39,434 nucleotides of DNA. It comes from Polymyxa betae A26-41 (lineage: Eukaryota; Protista; Endomyxa: Phytomyxea). The number at the start of each line of letters is the position of its first letter. The stretch's first letter is position 1. Shown here piece after piece: positions 32,816-39,434 of this stretch. The notes beneath the pieces were generated by a model. That model had not been told where the DNA came from. It did no database searches and was given only the letters and a program-made list of their open reading frames with translations. The DNA lies in the NCBI GenBank assembly GCA_003693705.1, contig RBZT01000383.1:1-39434 (forward strand). The letters run 5' to 3'. Made by a program: the position numbers and the translations under genes.

Positions 32816-35526
32816 ATGGAGTCGTCACCATACGCCGCCGAGCTCGAGCGCGTATCTCGATATGCCCATACCAAGCTGGACATCATTCTTAAGGACATGC
32901 TTGAGCAGTTGTTCTTGCATACGCCTGACGACCCGATTGATGTGAGTTGGGCTCGGTTAGCAGGCGCCGCCAATTCAATCGCTGTAGTTTATGATTGGGT
33001 TCTTAACCGATTATAAAGAACGTGGATCTAGTATGGAAGAAGGCAGTGGATATCACTCCCACCGCAGCAGCCGTCCTCAAATCTTTGTTGATCCAATGGA
33101 TATGACAGAGGAAGCCCCATTTGCTGATTGTCAGTTGTCCAAAGCTCGACGCAGAACAGCCGTTTCTGCAGAGCCAGTATAAATTTTTTTTCGTGCATTG
33201 AGACTATTTTAAGCACAAATTAGGTGGATTTTATGGCAGCTGCCGATGCTCCAGGTCAAGTCATCGCAAAAACCACAGAACAGGTTCAACGAATTCAGCA
33301 ATCTGTTCGAAGCAATATTTTATTTGCTTCTTTGAGCGCCCAGCAGATGCAGCAAGTTGTGGATTCCATGCAAGAAATGCGTTTCCCAGTAACCTCTCCG
33401 TCGGGTTCAGATCAATGTCTTACATTATTTTGTAGGCTGGGGAATCAATTATAAAGCAAGGCGAAGAAGGTGATTACTTTTACGTCCTCAATAGCGGGAT
33501 TGCGAACTGCTACGTTTCGGAAGGCGATGAATCACCTAAATTGGTATTTACGACGTCAAGCAATGTGCCCTCTTCCCTTATATTCTCAGGTGAAAACATA
33601 CAATCAGGAAGGATCTTTCGGGGAACTGGCACTTATGTACAATAGCCCTCGTGCCGCTACTATTACCTCACAAACCGAGTGTGTTTGCTGGGCAGTCGAT
33701 AGGGTGACGTTCCGAAAGGCAAGGACCGAGAAGCCAAATATTTTTGTTTCCAACATCATTTGTCAGGTCCTAATGGAAACAACTTCGTCCTCCAGAAGAA
33801 AATACGAACAATTTTTAGGCGATGTGAAAATTTTAGCATCACTCGATCAAACGGAACGAGCGCGGATCGCTGATGCTCTCGTAGAGCAAACCTTTACCGA
33901 TGGGGAATATGTTATTCGTCAGGGTGAGGTCGGAGACGTATTCCACATAATCGTTCAAGGGCATGCCAAGGTTCTGATGGGTTTTCTAATTTCGCTTCAT
34001 GGCTCATCATTCTTAGGTCACAAAATCAGTTGATTTTCAAGACGATGATGTTACTGTGCTTGAGCTAAACCCTGGAGATTATTTTGGAGAGCTTGCGCTG
34101 ATCAATGACGATGCACGAGCTGCCAATGTTATTGCTGTTGACGATCTCACAACAGTGACATTGGATCGAGGCGCATTTAACAGGCTGCTGGGTCCAATTG
34201 ATCACATTCTGAAGCGCAACCAAGATAACTACAACTTAACTGAGCAAAGAATTTACAACCAGAAGCTACAAGTGGATTGGTTACAATATTTCCTCAACGC
34301 TCGCTAATCCTGGCTTAGGCTGTCAGTGGGGTTCACATTGACCACGATAATGAACCTCGGCCAGAGGTTTCGATGAGGCGACGTCGTACTGCAGTATCTT
34401 CGGAACCAGTCGCCGGTTAGTGATCTGATCTGCCAAAACTTCTGCACTCCTAACTTTCTTCTAGCAATGGTGTCATTGGATTCTATTGCAATTTCTGACG
34501 CTGTCGTTCCAAAAACACAAACGCAACGTGCGTCAATTCTTAAATCGATTCAAGGAAATTTCCTATTTGCCGGTTTGGATGCCTCTCAGCAAGAAATTAT
34601 CATCAATGCCATGTTTGAGAAGCAGTTCAGCGATGGAGAGTATGTCATCCGGCAAGGGCAGCCTGGGAACCATTTCTACATCCTTTCTCATGTGGGTGAT
34701 CTACTGTTTCGGATCTGCAAGTAACATCAATTAGGGAGAAGCTGAATGTTTTGTACAAAGGAAAGACAGTGAATCTCCAGTTTTGGTTAAAACATATAAA
34801 GTAAGAATTAGCAGAATCGGATGGATCACTTTATAACCCTATCGATAAATAGGCTGGGGAGGGCTTTGGAGAACTTGCTCTTATGTATAACAGCCCAAGA
34901 GCCGCCTCAATCCGTGCCAAAGGGGATATCAGTGTCTGGGTTGTGGATCGTCCAACATTCCGAAGGGTGCTTATGGATACAACCAGTCAGAAAAGGACGC
35001 TGTATGAAGGTATGGAGCTGAGTTCAGAACTACGTTCCCTCTGTAAGCCCAATTTTACAGGATTTCTTGGCAGTGTTCAGATTCTTAAATCTCTCGATCG
35101 AAACGAGATTGCCAAGGTTGCAGATTGCCTTTTAGAAAAAACTTATCAAGCAGAAGAATACGTCATTCGACTTGACGAACCCGGAGACAACTTCTACATT
35201 GTCGTGGATGGTGAAGCAGTGGCTACGAAACGCCTGCAAAACAGTACTGAAGCTCAAGAAGTTATGCGGTATAAGCGTGGTGATTACTTTGGAGAGCTAG
35301 CGCTTCTTAATGATCAGGTTGGTTGTTACTTGAAAACGTAGCCTATATTACTTAAACCTTGCAATAGCCGCGCGCGGCTAATGTCATTGCTGTTGGCGGC
35401 CCGCTCAAAGTCGTAACATTGGACAGAGCCAGTTTCGTCAGGCTATTAGGTCCATGCGACGAAATCCTGAAGCGCAACTCCTCAGCATATGTTGCTGTCG
35501 ATGCAACTCTTTATCATGATTCGTGA
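32816..35526 (+). CDS. PKAR: PKA regulatory-subunit-like protein with two tandem modules (D/D, two inhibitor sites, four CNB domains)
   Basis: D/D-like [25 protein letters not shown]; sites [10 protein letters not shown] (33147) and [11 protein letters not shown] (34376); four phosphate-binding cassettes [60 protein letters not shown]. The modules are joined in frame through intron 34272-34318. Confidence 0.88.
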
Positions 35527-35864
35527 ATTATATAAAATCATTTGGTCGTGCTTCTATTTATCTACTTAACCTATTACCGAGCGTAATGTTTAGCAATTTG
35601 TTGGCCGTACTACTGTTTAGGAAGCTATACATTACAGCAATAGCTGTGAGAAATTTGGTTAATTCATTGGATTGATTCAACATCCAGAAAATGCTATTCA
35701 ATCCAGTCCTATCTTTGATTAATGATTGCAAGATCAATCCTATAGGAATAAGCCAACACGGCTGTCGACTCTCCCTATTTCATGTCCATCTTCATTAATT
35801 TATTGTATACGATAGCTGTACATCTCCACTATTATTATACCCAATCCTCCGTCAGCTCTCAATA

Positions 35865-36775
35865 ATGACATCTATACGATCAAAAACACTTGCCATTTTT
35901 AATGTCGTCATCGCCCTATCATGGTTCCAGACAGCAGCGGTATGTGGTCAATGATGAGATTGGAATCTCTGTAATATTCTGCTTAGGTTAGTCATGAGGA
36001 CCACGACCGTCCTTTTTTTCCAACGGGACGTCGTAATGCAATCTGTGCAGAACCTACGTCTGGTTAGTTTCTTGTTCAAAATATTGGTATATTTGATTCT
36101 AAAGGCCAATTTAGTCCTGATGGCGATGCGAGTTAATCCATCACCGCCATCTCCAAACATTGTCGTACCTGAATCAGAAAACCAGCTCGACTTTATACTA
36201 GAAGCATTTGAGAATCATTTCCTTCTCCGCTGTCTAGACCAGGCTGAGAAAAAGCAGGTTGCGAAGGCTATGAATGAAGAAAAATTCAACGACGGGGACT
36301 ATGTTTACCGAAAAGGAGACGATGGTCGACTTTTCTATGTTCTCTCTCAAGCAGAGGCTGATGGAGGAGCTGAAAACCTCGATCAGGAAGCGAATGTTAC
36401 GAAGACCTACAAAGTAAGAAGCCCAAAATGCCATGCTGCTATCGCGTAATAGCTTGCCTATAGGTTGGGAACGTTTTCGGTGACAATGCTCTTGTTAACG
36501 ACTGCAAAAGAGCGGAATCGATTCGTGCCAAAGGCGCTATAAGCGTTTGGGCTCGGAACCGTTCCACGTATCGAAGCATTATCGCAGCCTACAATCAACA
36601 CAAACAGGAATTAGAGGAAGGTACGTTATCCTACTCGATGGTTGCTTGTGATTTCAAAGTGATATCATCTCAATCAGAAGATAATGCTAACGACTATAGC
36701 AGTTTCAACAGTTTCTCTCTCCCTGACAATGAGCTCGACGATATGAGTGACAGTGAGGAAAACATGGAATCATAA
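35865..36775 (+). CDS. Signal-peptide protein with a PKA pseudosubstrate (TGRRNAI), a single CNB domain and an acidic tail (234 aa)
   Basis: Five exons, 35865-35939, 35987-36062, 36115-36413, 36464-36620 and 36678-36775, all GT..AG and phase-compatible (705 nt, no internal stop). Similar to the second module of the upstream PKA-R gene. Confidence 0.82.
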
Positions 36776-37104
36776 AAGAATAATAAAACCTATCCAAATT
36801 ATCGCTGCCGATGGATTATTGACTTCACAAACGAAGACCAACGCCTCGCTAACAAGATTGCCAAAGGTGACTTTGCAGCAGAAACTCTGTAGTCTGGAAG
36901 CACAACGAATGAAATTAAAGAAATGGTCCGATACGTTTTTCTTTGATGAAGCATGAGGCCATTTTCAATATTAAAGACATTATAATCCAATGCAGTTTTG
37001 TTATGATCCCATCGGTGCGCTGCAGCAACGGCTAAATTGCACTCGACGGTGCCCAGATATCCACAAATCGACCACAGAATCGAATACACAGCAGTGCTAT
37101 TCGA

Positions 37105-38150
37105 TCAGCGCTGTTTTTGAATCGAATCTTGCGCCTTGTTTGTCGCTGCTAGCCTTCTTGTTTCTTGCACTATTCCCGGTTCCCATTTCTGAGAATATCC
37201 TTTATTTATTCTCCGGTTCATGACTGACAAGTTATGTGGACAATGCCGACGGGCGAAAAGCGTGCTGGCCTCTTCGCACTGGTGGACATTGCTGCTGGTG
37301 AAGAAATCCTTTTGACTAAGGGCGAGAGTACCTGGACAAAAGCAATTTGACTTGCCTCTGCGGAACCGCCCGCTGCTATTCTCGTCAATAAACAATTTTT
37401 TAATGATTAGTTGTATTGTTCGGCAATAAGTCGATTTGTCCGATGTGCGAATGCACATGCTGTGCATACAAGCTCACGACGTTCGCGGCTTTCTGTGGGG
37501 TTGAACAATAATAACCGCAACCTTTTCGGTGTGCCCTGCGGCCTCAAACATTAATTTGCGTTGACGCTTATCGGTAACATTTTGATGGATAAACGTGTTG
37601 TGCAACGCACGTAACGTTTTCGGAACGATACGATATTCTGGCGCCCATCTGGTTATCAACATTGATGAATATACCCAGCAACCAAGTAGATGACATACTC
37701 ACTCCAAAGGAAGAAAGTACTCTAGTTCTGGGGATTTATGGAATCCCACGTACAGTTGGGTTCGCAACAGTGATTGGCGAAGCGAGCAACGCTGTCGTAC
37801 TGCTGGGCATCAATATACATGCCGGCGTTCGTGGAATAGTAGTTGACAACATAAGCCGATCTCTGGGAGATCTCGGACAGGTTGTCGTTATCGTAAACGA
37901 TTCCGACATACTCCTGTACGAAATCATTCGTCGCAATACTTTCGGCCGCAAACAGTCCAAAACCGCGGTCTCCCGTGTCCTGAACTGCCACAGTCTTGAC
38001 CAGGCGCTTCTGCATGCGTTGGTTGCAGCACCGAACGCCTGCCTGGCAGTATCTCGGATCACATTCCTTTAAGTGATAAACACCTGCACAGCTGTCTCGA
38101 TCATCGCAAATTTGTGTTTGTCCATCGCAACACAGCAGCAGTTCTTAACC
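37105..38150 (-). CDS. AWS/SET-domain (SET2/NSD-like) methyltransferase, partial or pseudogenised; ends uncertain
   Basis: ECDPRYCQAGVRCCNQRMQK (AWS-like), GDRGFGLFA, FVQEYVG and YIDA....VARFANHCCEPNC. The 5' part contains an in-frame stop and the 3' exons are unclear. Confidence 0.7.
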
Positions 38151-38335
38151 GGCTGGAAGCGTTAACAGCTGCGAGATAAATGTATTGCAGACCCATTTTG
38201 ATTTAGTCTACTGGAGTTTCATCTTGGTAGGGTAGTTTAGGCGAAGTGTAGTTACAGCCTATCAATATCAATCATTGGGAATAAACTGATGTAACTCATG
38301 ACAATAGCGGAAAAGCGGACTGGCGCCGAAATGTC

Positions 38336-38820
38336 TAGGGCTCCGACCGGGTACTAACGGGTCGAACCCGACCCGGTTTTCCGAGTCGGATAACGGGTAG
38401 TACCTGGTACCCGTCCATACCAAATCCAAAAAAAGTTGCAAACAGACAAAAAGATGATGGGACTTTATTTTTTCAGACAGTACTTACCAAACATCAAAGA
38501 AGAGAAGGTTTCTGGTTTCAAAGAATGTCGCCGAAGCCCAATCACGTCACGGCCGCAATTGAATATTCGCTCGACAGCGACTGAAGAGCCCGGAGTCGAC
38601 AAAATGTCTGTTGCCACAGCGCTGAGATTAGGAAACTGTTGGGCGTGCGCTTTCCAGTAATCTAAAGGATCAACTGCAGGATCCTCACATCGTAAATCGT
38701 AGAAACAAAGTCCGTGCCTATCAAACTACCCGACGGGTAGTCGAGTCGGGTACCACCCCCTATCCGTACCCGACCCGGTTTTTCCCGGTACTACTGTACC
38801 CGTACCCGGTCGGAGCCCTA
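38336..38820. mobile_element. 485-bp hAT-type MITE
   Basis: 19-bp perfect TIR TAGGGCTCCGACCGGGTAC; perfect 8-bp TSD GAAATGTC at 38328-38335 and 38821-38828; CCCGA/CGGGTA subterminal repeats. Confidence 0.95.
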
Positions 38821-39287
38821 GAAATGTCCTAGGCGATGCAACGCGCAGGCCAACTGGAACCAGACTTCACGTTGCGGATTTAAAGAATTATTTTTATGAA
38901 ATACACATTGACTTAGATAGAAGGTATTTCAGATCATACCATTCACATAAATTGTTGCCAGCCCTACTCTGTATCTTTTTTAAAATAAACAAAATGTTTC
39001 TATTCTCAGTTCCTGCTTGAACTCATCAACTTCCAACAGTCGAAGTATTTGTAAAGCTAGCTAGCGCTCATCTTCTTCGTTACAACCCGACGTTGACACA
39101 TCGGTGCTCAAGCAAAAAGAATCTTGAGTACAATCAGGTCGCAATTGATTTCCCGATCCTTGCTGCCCTCGACAGTTATTGAATCGGCAATCAAATTGCT
39201 GAATGGCCAGAAGGCGGATCACGCGGTCGAAATCTCTCAAAACAAGAACGTTCGCAATACCCGCATCATTTCAACTTTGATACCGGT

Positions 39288-39317
39288 ACATACCGGAGAA
39301 TCGATTCTCCGGTATGT
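39288..39317. repeat. Perfect 30-bp palindrome
   Basis: ACATACCGGAGAATC|GATTCTCCGGTATGT. A second inverted repeat (CTTATAATTAATAC..GTATTAATTATAAG) lies at ~39366-39412. Confidence 0.85.
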
Positions 39318-39434
39318 TTTCCGATTCTTACCTCTGGCCGGAGTCTGGACCCTTACCGTACACTCTCTTATAATTAATACGGTCGGTGGAAGGCCTTTGT
39401 ATTAATTATAAGGGAGTATTTTTATAAGCAAAAT

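Noticed and set aside
35994-36116. N-terminus of ORF 35994 (MRTTTVLFF...LVYLILKANL) as a transmembrane leader
   Set aside because: It reads through an intron in the wrong frame. The spliced frame yields the conserved RRNAICAEP site.
32816-36775. One five-CNB gene, or a cGMP-dependent kinase
   Set aside because: Clear stop at 35526, separate ATG and signal exon at 35865, no kinase domain, and the cassettes are cAMP-type.

Overview
Intron-rich eukaryotic DNA with short (~45-60 nt) introns and weak donors. Chitin synthase, AAACCCTA telo-boxes and several signal-peptide genes suggest a compact protist parasite genome, plausibly a plasmodiophorid; this is inferred, not proven. The first ~15 kb is a transposon graveyard: a hAT derivative, Gypsy and Copia remnants, a decayed SAP+YqaJ element, and a LINE nested in a pogo-like MITE, plus a scaffold gap with a probable linker palindrome. 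From ~15.3 kb it is gene-dense: tRNA-Gly, a signal-peptide F-box protein, a CSDE1/UNR-like protein, chitin synthase with an extra membrane tail, glucose-6-phosphate 1-epimerase, a His-rich secreted peptide, a RhoGEF and a SET-domain gene. The most striking locus is 32.8-36.8 kb. One gene there appears to encode two complete PKA regulatory modules in a single chain (D/D, two pseudosubstrate sites, four CNB domains). Directly behind it lies a partial duplicate that has gained a signal peptide and carries the PKI-identical motif TGRRNAI plus one CNB domain, which looks like a secreted kinase-inhibitor or cAMP-binding protein. All gene models were spliced by hand and need RNA-seq confirmation.
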